Shown here piece after piece: positions 25,886 through 38,095 of a DNA stretch of 64,000 nucleotides (positions are counted from its first letter, which is position 1; each line of letters starts with the position of its first letter). The DNA is from Azolla caroliniana (taxonomy: Eukaryota > Plantae > Polypodiophyta). The stretch lies in contig JBHGNT010000005.1 in assembly GCA_043228905.1 (NCBI GenBank), forward strand, positions 20,398,001-20,462,000, read 5' to 3'. A program made the translations under genes and the position numbers. Below the pieces are notes generated by a model. That model saw nothing but the letters and a program-made list of their open reading frames with translations, searched no databases and was not told where the DNA came from.

Positions 25886-28748
25886 GCAAAAGAATGTGAC
25901 CTATGCCAGAGACTGGGCCAGCCAACGGAGCAGGCTCGTATGCCACACCAGCCGGTACTACCACTCGAGCCATTCCAAAAGTGGGGGCTGGACTTTGTAG
26001 GACCGTTCAAGCCACTGGCAATGAGAACGGGTAATCGGTACATTATCGTTGCTACGGATTACTGCACGAAATGGCTGGAGGCCAAAGCTTTACGGGATAA
26101 TACCGATGCGTCAATGGCAAAGTTTCTATATGAGTACATCTGGTGCCGTTACGGATGCCCCATTGAATTGATAAGTGACCAAGGGGGGCACTTTCTCGGC
26201 CCAGTAGTGGAAAGCTTGACGACATTCTATGCCGTTGTACACAAACGGAGCACACCTTACTATCCACAGGCGAACGGTTTAGAGGAATCAACAAACAAGA
26301 CGCTACAGAATATCCTCCGGAAGATCGTCAACGAAAACCGGACGGATTGGGACACAAAGCTACATAGCGCGCTTTGGGCATACCGGACGGCATACAAAAT
26401 GAGCATCCGAACAACACCGTTCCGGTTGGCGTTCGGACTCGAGGCGGTCATGCCGGTAGAATTCCAAATACCTAGCTTACGGATCCAGCTACTGGAAAGG
26501 CTGAACGAGAAGGAGTCGGAGGCAATAAGGTTGACAGCGCTGTGTGAGCTCGAGGAACAACGACTGGCCAGCATCCTACATTTAGAATTGGAGCAACGCA
26601 GACGGAAAGCATTTGTCGACCGACACAGGAAAGGTAACGAAAAAATGTTCGCAATTGGCAAACCGGTGTTAGTATTCCAAACCCGGATGGGCAAGATGCC
26701 AGGTAAACTACGGTTTAGATGGACCGGACCATATTGGCTAACACGGGAGTATAATGGGTCCTACCAGTTAGGGACACTTGCCGGCGAAGTGCTAGGCAAA
26801 TGGGTCAATGGATTCCGGTTAAAGGCATATAGAGGACCGATGCCTAAGAACCCATTTGAGCGAAGGACCGACACCAGTGAGGGAAACGGCAACCACCAAG
26901 ACGGCAGAGAAGGCGAGCCGGTAACTGGGGAGAATAAGGCCGGTAAGGGTCCGAGAGGACCAACGGACAAGTGACGTCACACTAATAATAATAATAACCA
27001 AAAAAAAAAAAAAAAAACCAATCATGCAAAAGCGAGGAATGAATGGATGAAAGAGCGTGGAGCGAAAAGGTACGTAGTGGGCATTTAAAGCGCCACCACA
27101 GGACATAATGCTATTTTAAGTACGCGACATGCACACACTCGAAAAAGGCGCCAGAATGCACAGACAAAAACCACTGCGCGTAGAGACCCTCTACTTTCGC
27201 GAACCCAGGAGCACAGAAGCACCAAGACGTTGCAAGATCATCAGAAGAGAACCTGCGCACAGAGAACCCCCGCCTTCTGAACTCTCTCTTTCTCAACCCC
27301 ACTCTCATCACCATCAAACCTCGCCACTGCCATCCGACCTCGACACAGACATGGACCCGCAAACGCTGTCAGAAGCCGCCAAGACATGGCTGAAGCAACA
27401 CGGGCTCGAGGGCTTCTTGATGATGATGGAAGTACCGCCACACAAAGAAGCCGACAAAGTGATCAAGGAAATCGATATAGAGGTCATAACGGCAGAGGCG
27501 ATTCGAGCGTTAACAGGCCTTCCGGAGGGAGGCATACTCACGATCGACAATCCAACCCCGGAGCAACTCATCAGGTATTTTGGTGAGTACTCACTAGCCA
27601 GCAAGGGCTACCGGATACAGGGCGGCAGAGATATGTTGTTCCGCGAAATTGCTCGTGTGCTCCATGAATACGGCCATGTGTACCCTAGACCCCCTGTCAT
27701 GCAGCAGAACCGGGCAGGGATGATCATCGCCACCTACGAAGGGATCAAGGTGGATTTGCCGGTATTAATCGCAGATGGGTTGTGTGCGGCGATCGAGATC
27801 GTCAGAGGCAAAGACGGCAAAGAAGGCCGAGACGGACGGAGGATATGGCACGCCGTAACGCAGTGGCTCACCTTGCTTGTGCCACCCATCCAGACCGTCC
27901 AACCCAAGAAGCGAGGAAGACTAGCGGAGGGCACCCCAAGGACGGCTTCCAAACGGCAACAACTGTTGGTCTCTAAGGTCACTAAGGGAAAGGCGGCGGA
28001 TGCAGAACAAGCGGCAGCAGGAAGCGCCCAACGGAGGCGCAGGAGGAAACACCGGCACGGCCCGTAAAGGTCACACTCCGCCGACCGGTGAATCGAGAAG
28101 CGGACCCCTTGGCGGTAAAACTCAATGCCGGAGCTTAGGAGGAGGAAATAGAGGAGGAGCCTACGAAGCACCTCCAGCGACGGTCGTCGGCAAGGAAGGA
28201 ACCGGAACCGGTGCAGATGGCACTGGAAACAGAAGCCCCGGCACCACCGGCAACACCGGCGAGTCCCATCCCGCCAGAGCGGGAAAGGTCAATGTAGCCT
28301 CCCTTGGTCAGCCAAGAAGAAGCGCAAGGGGAACCAGGACAACAGGATGGTCCACAGGCAGAAACGGAATTGCAACTCGGCGCAATCAGGCGGGACCACC
28401 CCTCTACAAGTGAGCCAATCTGTCAAACCTCCGTGCAAGCATAACAAGGCACCGGTAGCCTGTGGCTCCGGTGGATAGGCGAACAGATAGCTGGAGCAGT
28501 GGGGTATATTGAGGCGGAAGAAAGAGCGCAAAGCGAACGGTTGCTCGTCACAACCGAACAACTAGAGACGGCCTGGTCCAGAATCCGGTGCCTTGAAAAA
28601 GACTTGGATCAGGTCACGACAGAGATGGCCAAAATACGGATCCAATCACCGGTGACTCCGGTAAGTGTACAGAATAAAGAAACGAAACGATCTGTACATA
28701 GCAATAAGACCCCGGCAACGGAAACCGTTCCGGCGAGAGATGCGGCGT
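25886..28748 (+). mobile_element. Second, inverted copy of the same gypsy 3' region (integrase + extra 3' ORF)
   Basis: 25886-27309 is the reverse complement of 15918-17342. It continues into sequence absent from the minus copy. Confidence 0.93.
25940..26974 (+). CDS. Gypsy integrase core/C-terminus (5'-truncated copy)
   Basis: 344-aa ORF nearly identical to the C-terminal part of the 16254-17774 ORF. Confidence 0.8.
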   Translation: MPHQPVLPLEPFQKWGLDFVGPFKPLAMRTGNRYIIVATDYCTKWLEAKALRDNTDASMAKFLYEYIWCRYGCPIELISDQGGHFLGPVVESLTTFYAVVHKRSTPYYPQANGLEESTNKTLQNILRKIVNENRTDWDTKLHSALWAYRTAYKMSIRTTPFRLAFGLEAVMPVEFQIPSLRIQLLERLNEKESEAIRLTALCELEEQRLASILHLELEQRRRKAFVDRHRKGNEKMFAIGKPVLVFQTRMGKMPGKLRFRWTGPYWLTREYNGSYQLGTLAGEVLGKWVNGFRLKAYRGPMPKNPFERRTDTSEGNGNHQDGREGEPVTGENKAGKGPRGPTDK

Positions 28749-28750
28749 AG
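27351..28750 (+). pseudogene. Accessory 3' ORF of the gypsy element (plant-mobile-domain/plant-transposon-protein-like, then low complexity and possible coiled coil), frameshifted
   Basis: MDPQTLSEAAKTWLKQHGLEGFL..ITAEAIRALTGLPEGG..YEGIKVDLPVLIADGL; downstream ORF 28499-28750 has heptad-like character. Confidence 0.55.
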
Positions 28751-29050
28751 TGTAGACCCGACGAAGAACCGGATGAGGACTACCCAGCTATGGAGAGCCG
28801 GATGGTGCAGACCCGGGGAAGAACCGGATGAGGAGTACCCGGCTACGGAGAGCCGGATGGTGCAGACCCGACGAAGAACCGGATGAGGAGTACCCGGCTA
28901 TGGAGAGCCGGATGGTGCAGGCCCGGTGAGAACCGGATGAGGAGTACCCGGCTACGGAGAGCCGGATGGTGCAGACCCGATGAAGAACCGGATGAGGAGT
29001 ACCCGGTTACGGAGAGCCGGATGGTGCAGGCCCGGTGAGAACCGGATGAA
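28750..29050 (+). repeat. 54/55-bp tandem repeat in the U3 of copia C 5' LTR (about 5.5 units)
   Basis: Unit GTGCAGACCCGGCGAAGAACCGGATGAGGAGTACCCGGCTACGGAGAGCCGGATG. Confidence 0.95.
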
Positions 29051-32000
29051 GAGACATATTCGTAAATATGTTTTTGAGAGTCCATTGTGGCTATATTTGT
29101 AAATAGTCGAAAAGTCATATTAGTATAAATATGACTTAGGGCAAACTTTTTGTTGCGGTTGTCATTCTTGTTTTGCACGAGATTAGTGCGCGTAACAGTG
29201 TACAGAGAGAGTGAGAGAGAGATAGAGGTCGCTGCCTCAGTTGTAACCACCGCCTGTGGCGAAGATTGTGAGCACGAGGTCGTTGCCTCCGTGAACTCAC
29301 TGTTGTATTTTCTTTACATAGTGACAGTTTGCAGCCTGTGGGCTGCCGTGGTTTTTCCCCTAGTTTGGGGTTTTCCACGTAAACCTCCTGTGTATTCCTC
29401 TCTTCTTTGTGTCGTGTATTATTTCCCGTTTTTTTTGTGTATGATCCTAAGCTCGGTTGTGGCCGAGCGTTGCGTATAAGGAGCGTTGAGTTCCCATCAA
29501 GTGGTGTCAGAGCGAGACGACACAGAAAATGGACGAATCGTTTGGCGGCATGTTCAAGCTCACCGGCTCCAACTATTCAGTGTGGAAGTCGAAGATGAGG
29601 GACATGCTCGTGGTTAAAGATATTTGGCTACCAGTTCAGTTCGGGGACAAGAGACCGGACAAGATCGACGCCACAATATGGGAGGTGATGCACATGAAGA
29701 CAACGGCGTACATACGGTGCTTCATCGACATGAGCCTATACAACAACTTCAATGAAAAGAGCAAGGCTCATGAGCTCTGGGAGAAGATCGGCATTATGTT
29801 TCAGAACAAAAATGCTGGTAATCAGGTTTTGGTATTCCGGAAGCTAGTAAGACTCCGGTACCAAGATGGCTCCAGCATGACGGAGCACATGAATGCCTTC
29901 TAGGGGCTGATACACCAGGCAACATCATTGGAAGCACCTCTCGCCGACGAGGTACTAGTGCTACTCCTGCTCGGTTCCCTCCCGGATAGCTTGGAGACGT
30001 AGGTCGTCACTTTGGGCAACGCTGGACCGGAAGGAAAGCGGTTATCCCTAGCAAGAGTAAAGTCGAGCTTGCTAGATGAGGAGACGCGTCGGAAAGATAA
30101 AGATACGAGCTCCGACTCCAAAGCGCTCCTTACCGAATCGGAATGCGGAAGACATAGAAATCATAGTCCCCAGAACCGAGAGAAGTCCGGGACACGGTCA
30201 AAGTCAAGGGGAAGGCCTACTTGCTTCTATTGTGGCAAGCCGGGACACTTCCAAAAGAACTATCGGCATTTCCGAAAGGACAAGGAAACTGACGGTACCG
30301 ACTCGAAGCGGACCCCGGACCGGAACGGTAAAGACCGGAGGGGACCGGACCGGAAGGGAACGACAGCAATCGTGGCAAGCGAAGAAGAGTTGATGCTCAT
30401 CACCGAGGAGAGTGAGATAAACCTTGCCGGCGACGAGACGACGTGGGTGGTAGACTCCGGAGCGTCGTTCCACCTTACCCCGGACCAGAAATGCTTCTCA
30501 TCCTACTCAGCCGGTGATTACGGCTATGTCCAGATGGGGAATGAAGGTACATGCCGAATTATCAGCATAGGAGACGTGTGGCTGTCAACACCAACCGGAT
30601 GCAAGTTGTTGCTGAAGGATGTCCGACACAGTCCGGAGGTTCGTTTGAACCTGATATCAGCTAGTCGGCTAGATGATGAAGGCTACACGGGTATCATCCG
30701 GAACGGTGTCATGAAGTTCAGCAAAGGGAGCGTGATTGTGGCTCGGGCCCAGAAGGTCAACACACTATACCTGATGAATGCTTGGTTACGCCTGGAAGAA
30801 GTGAACGTGGCATCCGACACTGCCGGTGAGCTATGGCACAAGAGGCTGTGTCACATGAGCGAGAAGGGGATGAAGAGGCTTGCAGACGACAACCTCATTC
30901 AAGTGAAGAACGTGCACTTGGAGAAGTGCACTGATTGTCTGGCCCGTAAGCAAAACCGGACCTCCTTCCGACCAAGGCCACCGATGAGACGTAATGCACC
31001 ACTGGAGTTGGTGCATACGGATGTGTGTCAAGTAGACACGAAGTCACATGCCGGAGCGCAGTACTTCGTGATGTGCATTGATGACCACAGCCGAAAGCTG
31101 TGGGCCACACCATTGAAGATGAAGGATCAGGTGCTATCCGTCTTCAAAGAGCTCCACGTGAGAGTGGAAAGAGAAACCGGCCGGAAGCTGAAGGCGGTTC
31201 AAGCAGATAACGGAGGTGAATACCGGGGGCAGTTCGAGGAGTACTGTTGCTCGAAGGGAATTCGGCTCGAATTTACCATGCCAAAGACGTCGGAACTAAA
31301 CGGACTGGTCGAGAGGATGAACCGGACCATAATGGAGAGGGTCCGGAGTATGCTAGCGCATGCAAAACTACCCAAGAAATTTTGGGCTGAGGCGTTGTCG
31401 ACGGCGACATATGTGATAAATAGATCACCCTCAGTACCCTTGGACGGAGACACGCCACAGAGAGTGTGGACCGGTAAGGAAGTATCCTATCGGCATCTGA
31501 AGGTATTTGGGTGTCTCGCGTACGTGCATGTAGCTAAGGACTGGAGAGGAAAGTTAGATCCAAAGACCCGGCCATGCATATTCCTCGGTTACGGTGACGA
31601 TGAGTTCGGCTACCAAGTGTGGGACCTGGTCGACAAGAAGGTATTCCGGAGTTGAGATATTATCTTCATGGAGGACAAGACGCTTGCCGACTGGGAGTCG
31701 GAGAAGAAGACAATGAACTCCGAGTCGACTGGTAAGGATAGACTCTACGATGAGCAGACCCAACCGGCAAGAGACCGGTTAGCACTCGAGGATCCAGCCG
31801 GTTACGGTGAGGATACCGAACCGGCAGAAGAAGAAGTAGAGGAAGCTGAGACCGGAACCGGCCAAGACCCCGAATCAGATTCGGATGAAGAGAAAATGGA
31901 GGAGCCGGTTACCGAAGCTTGGGAGATATCCTCTCAGAGAGAGAAGGGCCCCCCGGAGATTTCCGGATGCAGAGCATGTTCTGCTGACCGATGAGGGGGA

Positions 32001-33621
32001 GCCGAAAAGCTTCGAAGAAGCGAAGGATGACACCCACAACCGAAAATGGTTAAATGCCATGCAGGACGAGATGGATTCCCTACATGAGAACCATACGTAC
32101 GAATTGGTGGAGTTCCCGAAAGGAAAGCGGGCACTTCGAACAAAGTGGGTGTACAAGTTGAAACCGGGAGATGCCGACAACCCCCGAGATACAAAGCCAG
32201 GATTGTGCTGAAGGGGTTCCAGCAGAAGAAGGGCGTGGACTTCGACGAGATATTTGCCCCGGTAGTAAAGATGACCTCCATCCGGACGGTGCTGAGTATA
32301 GCAGCAAGCATGGACCTCGAGGTAGAGCAGCTGGACGTGAAGACGACATTCCTTCACGGCGACCTCGAAGAGGAGATCTACATGCAGCAACCGGAAGGAT
32401 TCGTGGAGAAAGGGAAGGAGCACTTGGCATGCCGGCTAAAGAAGAGCCTATACGGACTAAAGCAGGCTCCCTGACAATGGTACCGGAAGTTTGATTCCTT
32501 CATGAACGATCAAGGGTACCACAAGACGCAGGCCGATCACTGCGTGTTTGTGAAGAAGTTCGAAGGAGGCAACTTCCTGATACTCCTTCTGTACGTGGAT
32601 GACATGTTGATCGTCGGACGAGATCAAGTCAAAATACGGATGCTGAAGAAGGCTCTCAACCGGACCTTCTCAATGAAGGACTTGGGTTTGGCAAGGCAGA
32701 TGCTGGGGATGCACATAATCCGGAACCGATCAGCGAAGCAATTATGGCTGTCACAGGAGAAGTACGTGACAAAGGTGCTTCACTGGTTCAACATGTCAGA
32801 TGCAAAACCGGTCGGATCGACACTTCCGGCAAACTGCAAGCTATCCGGCAAGCAAAGCCCGAAGACGAAAGCAGAGAAGGCGGATATGATGAAGATTCCA
32901 TATGCCTCTGCCGTCGGGAGCTTAATGTACGCAATGGTTTGTACCCGACCGGATATAGGATACGCAGACGGAGTGGTGAGCCGGTTTATGAGCAATCCCG
33001 GCAAGGAGCACTGGAACACGGTCAAGTGGATACTTCGGTATTTGAAGGGCACTTCAAATATGTGTCTCCGATTCAGCTCCGGAAAACCTCAACTTGACGG
33101 TTTCACCGATTCGGACATGTCGGCTGATGTGGATACCAGCCGGTCTACATCCGGGTATGTAATGACATATGCAGGGGGAACTGTTTCATGGCAGTCGAGG
33201 CTCCAGAAGACGGTTGCGTTGTCAACCACAGAGGCGGAGTACATGGCGGCTGTGGAAGCTAGTAAGGAAATATTATGGATGAAGGACTTCATCGGAGAGC
33301 TCGGTATCCGGCAAGATGAATACCAGCTCTATTGCGACAGTCAAAGTGCCATCCACCTTGCTAAGAATGCGGCCTACCATTCCCGGACGAAGCATATCCA
33401 GCGAAGGTATCACTGGATCCGGGAAAGAGTAGATGACTAGGAGTTCGCATTGACGAAGATCCACACGGCCGAGAACGGGTCAGATATGCTGACCAAAGTG
33501 TTGATACCCGACAAGGTGGATGCATGCCGGAAGAGGATCGGACTGGTAAGACACCCCATGCCGGAGTGAAGGGGGAGTTTGTTGGGAGACAGGTCCCTCC
33601 GGATGGGAAGAGAGAAGAACA

Positions 33622-33812
33622 GTGCAGACCCGGCGAAGAACCGGATGAGGAGTACCCGGCTACGGAGAGCCGGATGGTGCAGGCCCAGTGAGAACCGGAT
33701 GAGGAGTACCGGGCTACGGAGAGCCGGATGGTGCAGACCCGGCGAAGAACCGGATGAGGAGTACCCGGCTACGGAGAGCCGGATGGTGCAGGCCCGGTGA
33801 AAACCGGATGAA
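33622..33812 (+). repeat. Same 54/55-bp tandem repeat in copia C 3' LTR (about 3.5 units)
   Basis: Direct comparison with 28750-29050. Confidence 0.95.
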
Positions 33813-34261
33813 GAGACATATTCGTAAATATGTTTCTGAGAGTCCATTGTGGCTATATTTGTAAATAGCCGAAAAGTCATATTAGTATAAATATGACTTA
33901 GGGCAAACTTTTAGTTGCGGTTGTCATTCTTGTTTTGCACGAGATTAGTGCGCGTAACAGTGTACAAAGAGAGTGAGAGAGAGACAGAGGTCGCTGCCTC
34001 CATTGTAACCACCGCCTATGGCGAAGATTGTGAGCACGAGGTCGTTGCCTCCGTGAACTCACTGTTGTATTTTCTTTACATAGTGACAGTTTGCAGCCTG
34101 TGGGCTGCCGTGGTTTTTCCCCTAGTTTGGGGTTTTCCACGTAAACCTCCTGTGTATTCCTCTCTTCTTTGTGTCGTGTATTATTTCCCGTTTTTTTTGT
34201 GTATGATCCTAAGCTCGGTTGTGGCCGAGCGTTGCATATAAGGAGCGTTGAGTTCCCGTCA

Positions 34262-34764
34262 GTATATGTATGTATATATTCTGATGAAAAAGGGTTACAA
34301 CTGGCAGGCCGGTGAGGAACAAAACTCCTACGCCTACGCGCACGCACACAGAAGAGCGAGATGGAGACTCTGCTGGAAGCACTTGGGCAGTCCGCAGAGC
34401 AGAGTCAGCCTCCCAAAAACTTGCACAAAGCAAATATAGAGCAAGACGGAGGAGAAGAGCTCGGTCCTAGTCCGATAATACTTCTCCCTCGACAAAAAGA
34501 GATCCCCTCCACAATACCTCTCCCTCTCTTTTATAGCCCAAGGCGGGAGGCTGTTACAACCCGTTACATCATCTTTATTCTCTGTTCTTTCGGACAGAGA
34601 TACGCCTCGATTTCGTACCTATCAAATCCGTGTGATCTAGGATATTCACATAAGCCGACTTGTACTTAAATATGTGCACTACAACAGAACTTGTGCCCGT
34701 GTGTAAGGGCCGGTTCGCGCACATCATTCTCCGATTCCGCCTAGCGACGGTTTTCTCGACGACA
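34262..34764 (-). mobile_element. Partial LTR of an unassigned element
   Basis: Minus strand starts TGTCGTCGAG at 34764 and has CTATAAAAG near 34535. Cut by copia C. Confidence 0.5.
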
Positions 34765-37099
34765 ATGGTGTCGTGAAGTTTCTGGCACATAGTGAGAAAT
34801 CGGGAGATGTTGGAGGGATCGATGAGGTGCAACGTGTGCACCCATCCCTGTAAATTTGTATAGGGAATAGGGATGCCTTTATGGCGCCGAATGACAATAA
34901 TTACAGGACAGAGAATCCCATGTATCGTGGGCTTATCTCACATTCCACGCGACCCTCACCTTGTTCTATAAAAGGGAGGGCACGCCCTTTGCATAGGGGT
35001 TCCCAGTTTTTCGCTTGGGTTCCAATTTTGCTCTTTCTCTCTCTTCAGGCTTTGTCCTGATTTGTATGCTTTAGGGTTCACAGAATTCCCCTCTGCGGGT
35101 TCCATTGTTGTTCCTATGTAACATAACACAACAGTTTCTGTTCTACATCTCTTTCTTCTTCCTTTCGTCTTGTTCTCTTTTCTCTGTTTCTGTCAGGGTT
35201 TCTGTGTGTCCTTTTTGAAGGTCTTCCGTTCTGTTGAAGATGTGAGTTCGTGTGTGGGTGTCTGTGTGTGTGTGTGTGGGTGTTAAGGTGTCTTTGCTGT
35301 CGTTCTTGGTGAACTGCGCACTCGGTTGTCTAGTAGCAAGCTCCCTCTTCTCTGGCGTGCAAAACCCACAGGAGACAGTGAGCTGAACACTCCTAGTAGG
35401 CGGTTCCCCAGCAAGAGGTGGTCGTTCAAGAAAGGGGGTGTGCGATGCACGAGGATCCTGTCGCGCGTTTGAGCCCGGGTGCTCCCAGACCGGTCCCGGG
35501 ATGCAGGCTCCCTCTTTCCCTCTCTGTGCGGAACTGGTGTTGTGTGCGTGAGGTTGAGTTCTAACCGGTGCCGAAGAGCCGGTCAAAACAGGGTGTATAT
35601 GTGTGCGTGCGTGTGCGCGGGCACGGTTAACCGGGCCGTGACCCGTGCCTGTTTTGGGCCCTTGTACATACGAACCGAGGGGCAGTGAAGATGAGCACGC
35701 GTCTTCTCACTCCGCGGACGGTTATCGGTCGTAGCTGAGAAGAAATCGGTAGTGCGGCAAGATCCCAAGGACTTGAGCCTCTGACATCCTCCTCGCTCCT
35801 GGTCCATGACCCCGGTGTTCCAGCCTGGATTCGACACGCAAGCGCGGAATCCCGCGACATCTTTGGTGAACCTGACGTGAAAGGCGGCGACGGAGAGTGG
35901 AGTTGGAGGCCGAAGAATTCGAGGGGAGGAGTCGAGGAGCAGGGATGGTGTGAAACGAATCGCCCTCTCTTACATGGTGAGAAAGACCTACCGGGCGAAG
36001 GTCGGGAATCGGGAAGAAGATGATCGAGGGTGCGGAACGAGTCCGGCAAGATCGGCATCAGAGTCGAAACTCCGGACATTGGAGAATCAAGCCCAGACAG
36101 GGCTTGATCGATCATAGAGCGGATGCTTTCCACCAACACCACTAAAAGGGTCGGTGGCCCGAACGAGTCATCGGGAGTCGTTACGAAATCGGTGTACCCA
36201 AATCTTGACCGGAGACTTCGGCAGTTCGGCTGGGGTGGCAACGTGAGACCGACAGAGAAGGGAGATGGAGGTGGGTGCACAGCAAGGAGAGCGACGACGA
36301 GTTCGGGAGAAGAACAAGGGACGGATGCGGAGAACGAAGACCGGTCCTATGGATCACCTCACACCGGATCTAGAGACTTCGGCGGCCGGCATCGGAGAAC
36401 GGGACCCAGCAATCTAGAGAGTGACGGACGGGCCTGGACGAGAACCGGGAGAGCGATCTTCTGGATAACTGATCCAGAAGAGAGGAAAAGAAGTCGGTAC
36501 GATGGTACCATCAGAGAGGGTGCGGAGAAAGCCGCCCTCTTGAGATGCAGAGAAGGACGACCCATGATAGGGTCGTGATGACAAATCGAGGGCCGGAGAA
36601 GGATCCTCCACATCGGCTCCGAACACTTTGGCTGTGCAAGCCGGCGAGGCGACGTAAGACCAAGGAGAAGGACGGTGGCGGCGAGGTGACGAAGGCAAGA
36701 ACGGAAAAGAAGGTATCCGGCCGGCGAGGCGGCCATGAACCGAATCAAACCTTCCGGTAAGGTCGAATGAGGATAAGGAAGACCCGGTCGTATGGGGTCC
36801 TCACACCACTCTGGAGACCTTGGCAGTGCAAGCCGGTGAGACGATGTAAGACCAAGGAGAAGGATGGTGGCGGCGGGAATCGGGACCTGGCAACACGGAA
36901 GATACGAGGAGAGTTAGGAGCGACTCAAACAAAAGACACTCGAATTTCAGCAAGCAACGAAACGAAGACCGGTCCTATGGGATCTTCACACCGATCCGGA
37001 GACTCTGGCTGTTCGGCCAACGTGGCAACATAAGACCGAGAGAGAAGGATGGTGGTGGCAAGGAACGGGACCCGGCATCGACAATAGCCGGCAAGACTG

Positions 37100-37479
37100 T
37101 GTCGCGTTGTTACGCGCGTGCGTGGAGAAAGGCGGGACCATGGGGGTCTTGGACTAGGGAGCGACGGAGCGTAGGAAGTCGCACTTCACCGTTACTGTTG
37201 AGAACTCTCGACGTTCCTTATGTCCGACGCTCGGCCACAACCGAGATTCTTTTCATACACAGAAAAATAGGTAATGAAACGCGACACAAAGGGGAGAAAT
37301 GGCACACAGGAGGTTTACGTGGAAAACCCCAAAATAAGGGAAAAAACCACGGCAGCCCACAGGCTGCAAACTGTCACTATGTAGGTATATACAACTGTTA
37401 CAGTGAGATCATTGAGGCAATGACCTCGTGCTCTCAGATCTTCGCCACAGGCGGCGGTTACAATAGAGGCAACGACCTC

Positions 37480-37520
<41 letters not shown>

Positions 37521-38095
37521 CCGTTGCGCGCTTTGATTTCTTCTTGCACCAACAAGGAAGAATAACAACAATAGAAACGACAACGACAAAAGTTTGCCCT
37601 AAGTCATATTTATACTAATATGACTTTTCGGCTATTTACAAATGTAGCCTCGATGGGCTCTCAGAAACATATTTACAAATATGTCTCTTCCTCCGGTTCA
37701 TACCGGGCCTACACCATCCGACTCTCCGCAGTCGGGTACTCCCCATCCGGTTCATACCGGGTCTACACCATCCGGCTCTCCACAGTCGGGTACTCCCCAT
37801 CCGGTTCATACCGGGTCTACACCATCCGGCTCTCCGCAGTCGGGTACTCCCCATCCCCCTAAACCCTTTCCCAAAGGGCAATCCCTTCCTTTTATAGTAC
37901 AAGGAGAGGGATGCGTTACAATGTGGGACAAATCCCGCCTTACATGGGATCGTCTGCCCCGACTTGACTCTCTTCGGCGCCATAAAGGCGCCCTTGATAT
38001 TCACACTAAATGTACCTAGGTGCATACACACGCTGCACCCCGCCGATGTAGCCAACGTTCCCGGTTTCCACCTCTGGCCGAAATTCTTCATGACA
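37100..38095 (-). mobile_element. Solo TrpG LTR (copy 4) nested in copy 3, itself interrupted
   Basis: 37100-37160 is the reverse complement of the copy 2 LTR end; the other end reads TGTCATGAAG on minus. Flanks ACTG and ACGG. Confidence 0.8.
37196..37855 (-). mobile_element. Truncated solo LTR of the copia C family
   Basis: Reverse complement similar to 28900-29499, including three 54-bp units and a (TC)n tract. Confidence 0.88.

Larger units (their letters stand above)
28749..34261 (+). mobile_element. Ty1/copia element C (Tork/Tto1-like), near full-length
   Basis: 5' LTR 28749-29499 (first ~41 bp missing); PBS TGGTGTCAGAGC 29502-29513; gag MFKLTGSNYSVWKSKM; PR WVVDSGASFH; IN DNGGEY; RT QLDVKTTFLHG/YVDD; RH TKHIQRRYH; PPT GAAGGGGGAG; 3' LTR 33580-34261. 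A few stops and frameshifts. Confidence 0.95.

Noticed and set aside
15918-27309. Inverted arms as TIRs of a DIRS, Polinton or large DNA transposon
   Set aside because: The arms are gypsy integrase coding sequence. No tyrosine recombinase, PolB or transposase and no TSD was seen.
27129-28067. env-like (retroviral envelope) assignment for the extra ORF
   Set aside because: No evident signal peptide or transmembrane segment.
28750-29050. 54/55-bp repeats as a CRISPR array
   Set aside because: Units are contiguous with no unique spacers, lie within eukaryotic LTRs, and no cas genes are present.
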